Positions 48,318 through 57,885 of a DNA stretch of 64,000 nucleotides are shown here, piece by piece. Position 1 is the stretch's first letter. Each line of letters opens with the position of its first letter. The stretch lies in assembly GCA_964442965.1 (NCBI GenBank), contig CAYUBE010000001.1, forward strand, positions 3,301-67,300. Reading direction: 5' to 3'. Position numbers and translations under genes: made by a program. The DNA is from an uncultured Candidatus Saccharibacteria bacterium (GTDB lineage: Bacteria; Patescibacteriota; Minisyncoccia; UBA6257; 2-01-FULL-56-20). The notes below the pieces were generated by a model. The model made no database searches, was not told where the DNA came from, and saw nothing but the letters and a program-made list of their open reading frames with translations.

Positions 48318-49607
48318 ATGTTCGCGGCGCTTCAAGGCATCATTCAGGGAATTATGAATAGCGTCTTCGTCGTATGGAGCGAGGTGTGGTGGATTGTTCT
48401 GCCGCTCATCGCGTTTTTTATTTTCTGGGATTTTTGGAGGTTCTACCTTCATGTACGTTTTGTGAAGGGGATTTCATGGAAATTGCTTGAGATCAAGATT
48501 CCGAAAAACGTTCTCAAGACGCCGAAGGCCATGGAGCAGATCTTCGCGGCCGCGCATGCGCCGTATTCTTACGGCATTATACCGTTCGATAAATATTGGA
48601 AGGGAAAAGAGGAATTCTGGATGTCATTCGAGCTGGTCGGCCATGCCGGCGAGAGCCATTTTTATCTCCGCCTTCCCAAGGAATTTCAGCACATGATGGA
48701 ATCCGCGATCTATGGCCAGTATCCCGAAGCCGAGGTCGTGGAGGTGGAGGATTACCTTGAGGATTTTCCGGAGATCCTGCCGAATGCCGAGATTGACATC
48801 TCCGGTTTTGAAGAGATGCTGCGCCACGAGAACTATCTTCCCATCAGGACCTATCTTTCCTTCGAAGATCCGACCGAGGAACGCCGCCTCGATACCATTG
48901 CCCCGATCATGGAGATCATGTCGAAACTGACGAATGACGAACAAGTCTGGTATCAGCTCGTCATCCGGCCGACCGGCGAGGAATTCAAGAAGGAAGGGGA
49001 AAAGAAAATCAACCAGATGCTCGGCGTCGAGTCGAAGGAGAAGAAGAAGGGCATCCTCGCGGAATTTTTTGGCCTCGGCGTTACGCTCGGTGAGGTGATT
49101 AAAGCTCCCTTCGAGCATCCCAATATGGAGGTGAAGAAAAAAGACGAAGTGCCGAAAATGATGCGTTTCATCCTTACACCGGGAGAGAAAGACATGACAG
49201 AGGCGATCCAGGAGAAAATATCGAAGATCGCATTCGAGACAACGCCCCGCTTCGCGTTTCTCACGAAGCAGGGGAATCCTGATCCAGGCATGATGTCGGC
49301 GCTTCACGGGTTTGTCCGCCAGTTCAATACACAGAACCTGAACTCGCTGAAGCCGAACGGCGAAAAGACGACGGCGTCGTACGCCGTGCGTGGCATGTTC
49401 AAGCAAACCCGCATTCGTTGGCGGAAGCGGATCTTTTACGAGGAGTATCGCCATATCGTTCCGAGTGCGAAAAAAGCCATACTTAACATTGAAGAACTGG
49501 CGACCATTTATCACTTCCCGATTGCAACGGTTTCTACAACTGAACTCGAAAAGATCTCGTCGCGCAAGGGCAGCCCGCCGGCGGGAATTCCGACCATCGA
49601 AGAATAA
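48318..49607 (+). CDS. hypothetical membrane protein (N-terminal double TM, large cytoplasmic domain)
   Basis: 429 aa, positioned directly upstream of coupling-protein-like ATPase. Confidence 0.5.
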   Translation: MFAALQGIIQGIMNSVFVVWSEVWWIVLPLIAFFIFWDFWRFYLHVRFVKGISWKLLEIKIPKNVLKTPKAMEQIFAAAHAPYSYGIIPFDKYWKGKEEFWMSFELVGHAGESHFYLRLPKEFQHMMESAIYGQYPEAEVVEVEDYLEDFPEILPNAEIDISGFEEMLRHENYLPIRTYLSFEDPTEERRLDTIAPIMEIMSKLTNDEQVWYQLVIRPTGEEFKKEGEKKINQMLGVESKEKKKGILAEFFGLGVTLGEVIKAPFEHPNMEVKKKDEVPKMMRFILTPGEKDMTEAIQEKISKIAFETTPRFAFLTKQGNPDPGMMSALHGFVRQFNTQNLNSLKPNGEKTTASYAVRGMFKQTRIRWRKRIFYEEYRHIVPSAKKAILNIEELATIYHFPIATVSTTELEKISSRKGSPPAGIPTIEE

Positions 49608-49711
49608 TGCTCATTTCGTGCTACGACACGGGATCCAAAAAATCCTGGGTTCTTGCCTGCCCGGCGGTAGGCCGTTTTTCAACGGAGTGACAGAATGCTA
49701 TCATTATTCTC

Positions 49712-51352
49712 ATGGACGACACGCAGGACCTTACACCGCTCGGTTTCTATAATTTTCGTAACCAGCAAAAGAAATTCGGCATCAAGCTCGACGATCGGCG
49801 ACGGCATATCTATATCGTCGGAAAAACCGGCGTCGGCAAGACGACGCTCCTTGAGAATATGACGATTGCCGATATGCGGTCTGGCAAGGGCGTCGCGATC
49901 GTCGATCCGCACGGCGAGTTCGCCGAAAAGATGCTCGACTTCGTGCCGGAAGAGCGGCTTGATGATGTGATCTACTTCGATCCGTCCGATATGGAATATC
50001 CGATCGCATTCAATCCAATGGAACAGGTGGGCACGGAGTACCGGCACCTCGTGGCATCGGGGCTCATGGGTGTGTTCAAAAAGATCTGGGCCGATGCCTG
50101 GTCGGCGCGCATGCAGTACATTTTGAACAACACCCTGCTTGCGCTTCTTGAATATCCCGGCGCGACGCTCCTCGGCATTCTCCGCATGTTCTCGAACCAG
50201 GATTATCGGAAGCAGATCGTGAGCAATCTGAAGGACCCCGTCATCAAAGCTTTTTGGGAAGACGAGTTTTCGAAATACAGCCAGCGGTTCGAGACCGAAG
50301 CCCTCGCCGCGATCCAGAATAAGGTAGGACAGTTCGTTTCGAATCCGCTCGTGAGGAATATTCTTGGCCAGCCGCGCTCGTCTTTGAATATGCGGGATAT
50401 CATGGACTCGGGAAAGATTTTCATCTGCAACTTATCGAAGGGGAAGATCGGCGAAGATAACTCCGCGCTTCTGGGTGCCATGATCATCACGCGGATGCAG
50501 CTTGCCGCCATGTCGCGCGTCGATACATCCGAAGTAAAACGCCGCGATTTTTTCCTGTACGTCGATGAATTCCAGAATTTCGCGACGGAATCTTTCGCCA
50601 ACATTCTCTCCGAAGCCCGCAAATACCGCCTGAGCCTGGTTCTTGCGCACCAGTACATCGGTCAGCTCGTCACGGGTGACAGCACGTCGGTCCGCGACGC
50701 CGTGTTCGGCAACGTGGGGACGATCATTTCGTTTCGCGTAGGTGCGGCGGACGCGGAATTTTTGGAAAAAGAATTTATGCCGGAATTTTTACAGAACGAT
50801 CTCGTGAATCTTGCGAAGGCGAACGTGTATATCAAACTGATGATCGACGGCGTCGCGTCGCGGCCGTTTTCGGCAGAGACCTTGCCGCCCCAGGGCATGC
50901 CCCTCGAATCGTACCGCGACGTGATCATCAAGAATTCCCGCGAGCACTACGGAACACCGAAGAACGTCGTTGAATCGCGCATTACGGGCGAGTGGCGTTC
51001 CGGCCCAGGCGACGCGGTGGCGGCAAAAGTGGAACAGCGGAAAGAAAGGCGTCTCTCGGAGGTGCTGGTTCCCAACGCCCAGGCGAAACCATTCGTTCCC
51101 GGCGTGCGCAACGTGAGAGACGTCGAACGGCGAACGTTCGTCCGGCCCGTGTCCCCGGTGCAAGCACCGGCGCCGACGATGGTCCCGCAGGTAAAAAAAG
51201 AAACCATTCCAGAAGAAGTCTCGGAACTCGAATCCCGTCCCGAGATGCAGGTTCAGAAGAAAGTCTTACATCCGAATGTCGACATTGAATCATTGAGGCG
51301 GGCCATCACGGAATCGCTGAAAAAGAAGGACGCGGACGGCGGAGAGAAATAA
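49712..51352 (+). CDS. TraG/TraD/VirD4-like (T4SS coupling protein-like) P-loop ATPase lacking N-terminal TM domain
   Basis: Walker A GKTGVGKTT, VAIVDPHGEF, IYFDP...FNP, Walker B FFLYVDEFQNF, ...LVLAHQYIGQL. Confidence 0.65.
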   Translation: MDDTQDLTPLGFYNFRNQQKKFGIKLDDRRRHIYIVGKTGVGKTTLLENMTIADMRSGKGVAIVDPHGEFAEKMLDFVPEERLDDVIYFDPSDMEYPIAFNPMEQVGTEYRHLVASGLMGVFKKIWADAWSARMQYILNNTLLALLEYPGATLLGILRMFSNQDYRKQIVSNLKDPVIKAFWEDEFSKYSQRFETEALAAIQNKVGQFVSNPLVRNILGQPRSSLNMRDIMDSGKIFICNLSKGKIGEDNSALLGAMIITRMQLAAMSRVDTSEVKRRDFFLYVDEFQNFATESFANILSEARKYRLSLVLAHQYIGQLVTGDSTSVRDAVFGNVGTIISFRVGAADAEFLEKEFMPEFLQNDLVNLAKANVYIKLMIDGVASRPFSAETLPPQGMPLESYRDVIIKNSREHYGTPKNVVESRITGEWRSGPGDAVAAKVEQRKERRLSEVLVPNAQAKPFVPGVRNVRDVERRTFVRPVSPVQAPAPTMVPQVKKETIPEEVSELESRPEMQVQKKVLHPNVDIESLRRAITESLKKKDADGGEK

Positions 51353-51355
51353 TCT

Positions 51356-52090
51356 ATGCGGTTTCATATTGTTACGATCTTTCCCGAAATGTTCGATTCG
51401 TATCTCCGAGAATCGCTTTTTAAGCGTGCGGAAAAGAATAAGATCGTTGCGGTGCGTACGTATAACCTCCGTGATTTTACGAACGACAAGCGTCGTAAGG
51501 TAGATGATCGTCCGTTCGGCGGCGGGCCGGGAATGGTGTTGCAGATCAAACCGGTGTTTGACGCCGTGAGGTTCATTAAGAAAAAAGAAGCAAGAAAAAA
51601 GAAGCAAGGGAGGGTGCGAGTGATTCTATTTTCGACGCGCGGGAAGAAATTAAATGCGAAAGAAGCGAAACGATTAGCGAAATATAACGATCTTATTCTG
51701 ATCTGCGGCCGTTATGAAGGCGTCGATGAACGCGTGGCAAAATACGTGGCCGACGAGGAAATTTCGATCGGGGATTACATTCTCTCCGGCGGCGAATTGC
51801 CGGCGTTGGTGCTCATGGAATCCGTCAGCCGATTTCTGCCTGGATTTTTAGGAAAGGAAGAATCGCTCGAAGAAGTGAACGGTTCGTTTCCGACCTACAC
51901 CCGCCCCGAAGTTTTTCATCCATCATCCTCGTCTCGTTCTCCCTTGTCGTTCCGGCCTCGTGTCCGGGCACGGGGTAAACTCCAGCCGGAACCCAGACAT
52001 AAAAAGGCCTGGCTTGTTCCTAAAGTTCTCCTGTCCGGCGACCACAAAAAAATCGCTGAATGGCGAAAAGCAGAATCAAAACCAAGCTAG
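51356..52090 (+). CDS. trmD: tRNA (guanine37-N1)-methyltransferase
   Basis: MRFHIVTIFPEMF..., SPOUT knot motifs. Confidence 0.9.
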   Translation: MRFHIVTIFPEMFDSYLRESLFKRAEKNKIVAVRTYNLRDFTNDKRRKVDDRPFGGGPGMVLQIKPVFDAVRFIKKKEARKKKQGRVRVILFSTRGKKLNAKEAKRLAKYNDLILICGRYEGVDERVAKYVADEEISIGDYILSGGELPALVLMESVSRFLPGFLGKEESLEEVNGSFPTYTRPEVFHPSSSSRSPLSFRPRVRARGKLQPEPRHKKAWLVPKVLLSGDHKKIAEWRKAESKPS

Positions 52091-52607
52091 AGCTAATTTG
52101 AATCTTGCCAATATCAGAATCGTTCGGACATCGTTGCATACACCCCCGTGCCAGGAAAGCATTTGAGATAATAAAATGGACCATCGTGGTGATGGTCCCG
52201 CTTAGAAGCATTAAATTTCTGGTCTAGTGATGCGGAGCACATGCAATCACTATTATTATCGTCAAGATTCCGCCCGCAATGGAGCCTAGGACGATACACC
52301 AGCCCTCAATACTAGATAAGAGCTCGTCCTTTGCGAAAAGGAAAAGCTCTTCAAATATTTTTGGGTCGATTGCTTCTCGAAAGAATTCTTTGACTTCTTC
52401 TTTCATTTGGAAATTCTCCTTTTTATTCTGTTAAAAAGAATACTACTTTAATTTAACAATGTCGAATTTCCGAAGTAGTCGGTTTCTATTTGCCATCAAA
52501 ATCCTGTAAATATCGTCCGCCCCGTGTAGGATCTTTGGCTTGAGTCGCCTTTTACCTGTCATTTTGCTATGATGCTCATATAGATATTTGAGGAAATTAT
52601 TTTTATA

Positions 52608-53468
52608 ATGGATTTTGAAAAGGAACAATTCTCAGCGACTCCGGAAAGGGTGGGCTCCGACCCAAGAGAACAGGAAAATGATTACATTCCTGAATCGGAG
52701 GAGGAACAGCGTTCGGCGGAGACTATCTGGGCCGATCTCTATGATACAGAGCTTGAGCCGTGCAAAGAATTTCTTAAGAGCAGGGTGCTGATCGATAGGG
52801 TCCTCGCGTATGCGAGGACGGCCGCTGAGAGCGGTGCGGGAGGGAGTACGTGGAGCGCGACTGATGCATTCTGCGCCCTTTCCGCTCTTCATTCCTTGGA
52901 TCTTCCGTTGACCACGGAAGAAGAAAACAAGATGAATGCCTTTCTCGAAAACCGGGCTCTCATTGAACACGCATTCACGTACGTAAAAACGAGCGCAAAG
53001 AAAGAGGGTCTGAGCGCCGCAAAAACGCTCTGGACGCTCTCTGCGTTCCGTTCCCTGAATGTTCAATGTACTCCAGCAGAAGAAGAAAAGATAAAATCCT
53101 TTTTTGAAAATTCCGTTTTGGTTGATCACGCGCTTGCTTATGCGAGAAGCGAGGCTGCACGAGGCATTGAAGGAGATTCAAAACACGCCGCGAGCGCGTT
53201 CGAGACCTTGTCAGCCCTTCATTCTCTGAAGGTGTCGTTAGCTCCCGAACAGGAAGACAAGACCACTGCTCTTCTGGTGAATCCCGATCTTATCAACAAG
53301 GCATTTGCATTCGCAAAGAATAGCGCCAAGGAGGGTGCGAGGGGACATATCGCGGATGCCGTGGGGGCATTTGAATCGCTCGCCTCTCTCACTGCTGTCA
53401 GGGATTATCTTCGCGGAAAAGGAGCGGCGCTTGACGAGCGAGCTTCCTCTGACAAGGCCACTTCGTGA
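52608..53468 (+). CDS. hypothetical protein with four ~45-aa tandem repeats
   Basis: repeat unit ...A.A..G.......A..AF..LSALHSL.(V/L).L..E.E.K...F. Confidence 0.5.
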   Translation: MDFEKEQFSATPERVGSDPREQENDYIPESEEEQRSAETIWADLYDTELEPCKEFLKSRVLIDRVLAYARTAAESGAGGSTWSATDAFCALSALHSLDLPLTTEEENKMNAFLENRALIEHAFTYVKTSAKKEGLSAAKTLWTLSAFRSLNVQCTPAEEEKIKSFFENSVLVDHALAYARSEAARGIEGDSKHAASAFETLSALHSLKVSLAPEQEDKTTALLVNPDLINKAFAFAKNSAKEGARGHIADAVGAFESLASLTAVRDYLRGKGAALDERASSDKATS

Positions 53469-53502
53469 TATTTTCTCAGAGTTTTAACATATCGTAAAAC
53501 GC

Positions 53503-53829
53503 ATGAAGAAAACCTGCCTCATTTTTCTGAACGCGCTTCCGGTGCTCGTCATGATCGGTTTTATACCGGTCGTCGTGAATGATTATGCACTGACGTTGAT
53601 AGATATTCTTATCATCATCGCCGCATTCATGGTGCAGCGGAAACGTAACGATCTGCTGATTCTGGGTTTCGGATTTATCATCATGATCATCTCTGAGGCT
53701 ATTTTCGTATCCACCAAGGTGGAGACCTTTGATCGGAAGAGCCTCTTGGGGCTGATGCCGCTCTGGTTACCGTTCCTGTGGGCCTATGGGTTCGTCGCGA
53801 TCAAGCGGTCGATTGAAATTCTGGGTTGA
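53503..53829 (+). CDS. small hypothetical membrane protein
   Basis: 108 aa, three TM segments. Confidence 0.4.
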   Translation: MKKTCLIFLNALPVLVMIGFIPVVVNDYALTLIDILIIIAAFMVQRKRNDLLILGFGFIIMIISEAIFVSTKVETFDRKSLLGLMPLWLPFLWAYGFVAIKRSIEILG

Positions 53830-54168
53830 CGTTTATATGCGGTTATCGCTTGATAAATAGTTATATTTCATTATACTGTAGGCAGTAGTATTTTTTCAAA
53901 AATATGAGGCAGAATCATGGAATTATCAGACGGCTCCAGTGCGGGGCTAAACCAACTCCTTGATCTGCTTAGAGAGATCAGGGAAGGGGTTGTCGCAAAA
54001 CGAATTCCTATGAAAGAAGCTTTTATGCTTTTTCGGGAACTTCGTAAGGACGATATCGCAGGAGGTCTCTCTCCTGATAAAGTTATCGGTATCCTTAAGG
54101 ATTTTAACAAGCGGTATCAGTTATTCCTCGACTGATACTTTTAACTTAAATTTAATCTATCGTCTGTC

Positions 54169-55644
54169 ATGCTGAGCGGCATGGCAGATTTTTTTATAGG
54201 GGATGTAGCTTTCGCGGCAGCGCTCGGTTTTCTCGCGGGAATTTTCGCCGCGGACCTTGGATGGAATTTTGCGGCATTCTCCGTCGGTGTTATTTTAATT
54301 TTCCCGATATTGAAATATGGCGCATCACTAGCGGCACGAATGGCTGCGGTCTTCGCGGCGATCATGCTTCTCGCATCCTTTGCAGGAATTTATTATTTTC
54401 ATTTTTTCCTGAATTGGCGCGCGGCTGGCACACGGTTGCCGGATGGAAAATCTTCTTTTCAGGCAACGGTTGACGACGAACCTATTGCTTCGGAAAAATA
54501 TCTTTCGTTTTCCGCGAAGCTCCAGCCGCCGTTTTCCGGAAATATTTCCGTATTCGCATCGCCTGACAGCAACGTTCAGTATGGCGATCTCGTGAATATT
54601 TCGGGAACGGTTGAACCGCCCCGCGATGCGGGCGAAACATCGGCAGTATTCCCTAAAAATATCACGATTATTTCCCGCAACAACGGTTTTTGGTTAACAG
54701 AGGAATTACTGCATTTCAAAGTGGCGGTCAACGAAAAATTCGACGCGTTCTTATCGCAGGACGCCGCGGCGCTCCTTGGTAGCCTGACGCTCGGCGGAAC
54801 AACCGGCATGAGCGGGGAATTGAAGAACGAAATGACCGTCTCGGAAACGCTTTACGTTACCTCAATGTACGGCTATAAAATGGCAATGATCGTCATGGCT
54901 CTTGAGGCGGTTTTGGCGGGTTTTATTGCGCGTCGCATCAGATTCGGCATTGAGATTTTTGTAACCGTATTTTTTCTGCTGATGTCGGGCGGCAGTATTT
55001 CCGCGCTCCGCGGCGGCGTGATGGCGTGCGCGCTGATATTTGCCAAAGAAACGGGGCGGATTTTTTCCAAGCGAAATACGCTCGCGCTCACTGCCGTGGG
55101 CATTGCTTTGTTTGATCCGATGGCCATCGTGCAGGCTGGATTTTTGTTTTCCTTTGCGAGCGTCGCCGGCATGGCGCTCCTTGCTAAACCGATTCGAAAG
55201 TTTCTGCGGCTCGGGGAAGGAAAGGGGATGTTGGCGTGGAGAGATGCCGTTGTTCTGAGCTTGGCGTCGCTTCTGCCGATTATTCCGCTCGTGAGCGCGA
55301 TGTTTGGATCGTTCTCGATGACGGCGGTTTTCGCGAACGTTCTGATCGCGCCCGCGATCCCGCTCGGCATGATCGCAGGAACTGCGCTCGCAGCGGCAGG
55401 TTTTCTTTCGCCGTACCTCGGATTTTTTGTCGCCCGCATGGCGGGCGTGGTGCTGGGCTATACATCCTGGGTGATTGGATTTTTCGCGATTCACCCGCTT
55501 CCCTTGCCTTTTTCGTTTTCTAACACACCGTCATTTTTAGTCTATTATGCTGTTCTCGTTCTTTTTGCGCATATCTATCGCACACCGGCAAAACTTCACT
55601 CAGGGATGCGCGCGGGATCCCATAAAAAAACAACAGCACCATAA
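54169..55644 (+). CDS. comEC: ComEC/Rec2 competence channel protein (DUF4131 + competence domain)
   Basis: polytopic membrane protein with ComEC-typical TM core; no MBL domain in this ORF. Confidence 0.85.
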   Translation: MLSGMADFFIGDVAFAAALGFLAGIFAADLGWNFAAFSVGVILIFPILKYGASLAARMAAVFAAIMLLASFAGIYYFHFFLNWRAAGTRLPDGKSSFQATVDDEPIASEKYLSFSAKLQPPFSGNISVFASPDSNVQYGDLVNISGTVEPPRDAGETSAVFPKNITIISRNNGFWLTEELLHFKVAVNEKFDAFLSQDAAALLGSLTLGGTTGMSGELKNEMTVSETLYVTSMYGYKMAMIVMALEAVLAGFIARRIRFGIEIFVTVFFLLMSGGSISALRGGVMACALIFAKETGRIFSKRNTLALTAVGIALFDPMAIVQAGFLFSFASVAGMALLAKPIRKFLRLGEGKGMLAWRDAVVLSLASLLPIIPLVSAMFGSFSMTAVFANVLIAPAIPLGMIAGTALAAAGFLSPYLGFFVARMAGVVLGYTSWVIGFFAIHPLPLPFSFSNTPSFLVYYAVLVLFAHIYRTPAKLHSGMRAGSHKKTTAP

Positions 55645-55646
55645 CT

Positions 55647-56516
55647 ATGCAGAACAAAAAATCGGAGACGTGGTTTACGGTCGCCGTCGTTGCGTTCTGT
55701 ACACTTGACGTTCTTTGCTGGTTTTCGATCATAGCCGGACGGCCGATTGCCGCAGCACGAGCATATTTTCTCGATGTCGGCCAGGGCGACAGCGAACTCG
55801 TAGTTTTTCCCGGGGGCATCACGATGATGACGGACGCCGGCCCGACGGATGCGGTGCTCGGTAGTTTAGAAAAGGCATTGCTGGGAAAACGATATATTGA
55901 TCTTGCCCTTATCACGCACCCACAACTTGATCATTTTAATGGTTATAATTTCATCCTCGATCACTACGATGTCGGAGCATTTCTCTATAACGGACGCGAC
56001 GATTCAGACGTTGCGGCATGGACCGATCTGAAAAATAAGATCGTGGCGAAGCATATTCCGTTCATTACACTTGCGGCAGGGGACAGCGTACACTATGGGG
56101 AAGACGAGGTTGATATTTTGTCTCCCGACCGTGAATTTGCCCAAAGCGCGGAATTGAACGATACCGGCCTCGTCGAGATGATACGGACAGGCGACTTCCG
56201 CGCGCTCTTCACGGCGGATATCGGCTTCAACGTCGAGGACTGGCTCGTCGCCAACGTAAAAGATCTTCGCGCAGATGTCTTGAAGGTGCCGCATCATGGA
56301 TCAAAATATTCGTCTGGTGACGCGTTTCTCCGCGCCGTGGATCCGTCGGTTGCGGTGATTGAAGTTGGTGCAAAGAATACGTATGGCCAGCCCGGTGCGG
56401 CAACCTTGGCGCGTATCGCATCATCCACGCACGCGGAAGTTTTTCGTACCGATCAAAACGGCAACGTAGGGATATCCTATGAAAATGGGAAATTGAATGT
56501 CCAGAGAGAAAAATAG
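55647..56516 (+). CDS. metallo-beta-lactamase-fold protein (ComEC C-terminal domain encoded separately)
   Basis: N-terminal TM helix, FLDVGQGDS, HPQLDH, VPHHGSKYS MBL motifs; starts 3 nt after comEC stop in another frame. Confidence 0.8.
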   Translation: MQNKKSETWFTVAVVAFCTLDVLCWFSIIAGRPIAAARAYFLDVGQGDSELVVFPGGITMMTDAGPTDAVLGSLEKALLGKRYIDLALITHPQLDHFNGYNFILDHYDVGAFLYNGRDDSDVAAWTDLKNKIVAKHIPFITLAAGDSVHYGEDEVDILSPDREFAQSAELNDTGLVEMIRTGDFRALFTADIGFNVEDWLVANVKDLRADVLKVPHHGSKYSSGDAFLRAVDPSVAVIEVGAKNTYGQPGAATLARIASSTHAEVFRTDQNGNVGISYENGKLNVQREK

Positions 56517-56745
56517 CACGATGCATCATTCGCGGACTTTCATGTGCCTGTTCGATTGAAAACACGCATGGCTATCGTAGCCAAGTTTCCTTTTTTTGAC
56601 ATCCTCCGGCGGCTCGACTTATGCTTATCATTGGATGAGCAAAGCTTCGCAAGTCGAGGACTTAGCTCTATATCTCACGTTCTTAAGAATGTGGGAATAG
56701 AGGCCGTATGGGCGTGTGATAAGACCCGAGATGGATTAAAAGATC

Positions 56746-57276
56746 ATGAAAAAAAGATTGACAAAAAATGGTGAACAAAACCAGAAAATCGGCGTTATTC
56801 CGGCGTTTTTCAACGATACGACAGGGAATATGCTTTCCCTTACATCCGTGATCGGGGAAGTGGTTTCCTTTATGGCGCAGGATCCGTCACATCGTTATCG
56901 GCTAACCATCGGAACCGATTCGGAGTTGTTGAGTAATAAGAACGCCGATTTTGTGACGGCGATTGTGGTTCATCGGATTGGCAATGGCGGTCGATACTTT
57001 TATCGCCGCTTTGAGCTCGGCACATTCCATACGCTCCGCGACCGTATTATCCGCGAGGCGTTGATTTCGGTGGACGTTGCGAAGGATGTCCTTCTGGAAC
57101 TCAAGAAATTCAAACTTCCTGATTTTGAGTTCGAGATTCACGCCGATATCGGCGAACATGGACCGACGAAAGCGCTCATTCAGGAAGTCGTTGGCATGGT
57201 TCGTGCAAACAATTTCGAGGTAAAAACCAAGCCCGAAAGTTATGCCGCGTCGAACGTAGCTGATAGGCATGTATAA
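56746..57276 (+). CDS. hypothetical protein (RNase H-like / DUF458-like?)
   Basis: IGTDSE...AIVVHRIGNGGRYFYRR; weak family guess. Confidence 0.4.
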   Translation: MKKRLTKNGEQNQKIGVIPAFFNDTTGNMLSLTSVIGEVVSFMAQDPSHRYRLTIGTDSELLSNKNADFVTAIVVHRIGNGGRYFYRRFELGTFHTLRDRIIREALISVDVAKDVLLELKKFKLPDFEFEIHADIGEHGPTKALIQEVVGMVRANNFEVKTKPESYAASNVADRHV

Positions 57277-57321
57277 AATAGGATTTTGATTCAGGAATCT
57301 TGAATCAAGATTCTTTTAACT

Positions 57322-57885
57322 ATGGATACTCTCGTTTTTGATATCGAAACCCAGAATTTCTTCACCGACCCGAATGTGGGTCGGGACAATTTTAATGCGC
57401 TGAAGATTTCTGTCGTGTGCGCATATTCCTATGCCGAAGACAACTACTTCTCCTTTGAAGAACATGAAATGCCGGCTGCCGCGGATCTGTTTGGCCGCGC
57501 GGAACGGCTTGTTGGCTTCAGTAGTAATCGCTACGACATTCCGGTGCTCAATCATTATTTCCAGCGTTTGCGGTTGCCGATCGAAAATCTCTGGAAAAAA
57601 GAACGCATTGATCTTCTTGAGGAGATTGAGCTCGCAACCGGCGAGCGGATCAGCTTGAGCCGGCTCGCCGAAGCGAATCTTGGAGAAAAGAAAGAACAGC
57701 ACGGCGCCGAAGCGATTCAGTTATACAAAGAGGGGAAAATGGACGAGCTTAAAAAATATTGCCTGAACGATGTCCGTCTGACGAAGGAGATTTATGATCT
57801 TTACGCAATTCAGCACTATCTTATGGTGCCCAGCAAAAAGACGGGCGAAACGGTTAAAGTAGAATTTGCTACGCTGATAGAGTGA
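57322..57885 (+). CDS. RNase H-like fold putative 3'-5' exonuclease
   Basis: N-terminal LVFDIETQNF (DEDD Exo I-like motif). Confidence 0.55.
   Translation: MDTLVFDIETQNFFTDPNVGRDNFNALKISVVCAYSYAEDNYFSFEEHEMPAAADLFGRAERLVGFSSNRYDIPVLNHYFQRLRLPIENLWKKERIDLLEEIELATGERISLSRLAEANLGEKKEQHGAEAIQLYKEGKMDELKKYCLNDVRLTKEIYDLYAIQHYLMVPSKKTGETVKVEFATLIE

Noticed and set aside
1786-49514. Numerous 60-330-aa ORFs antisense to or overlapping strong genes (e.g. 1786..2211, 2618..3184, 10883..11872, 13501..14538, 33955..34803, 37481..37999, 48624..49514, 54862..55494)
   Set aside because: They are shadow ORFs within well-supported coding regions on the opposite strand or in alternative frames, with biased or low-complexity composition and no motifs.
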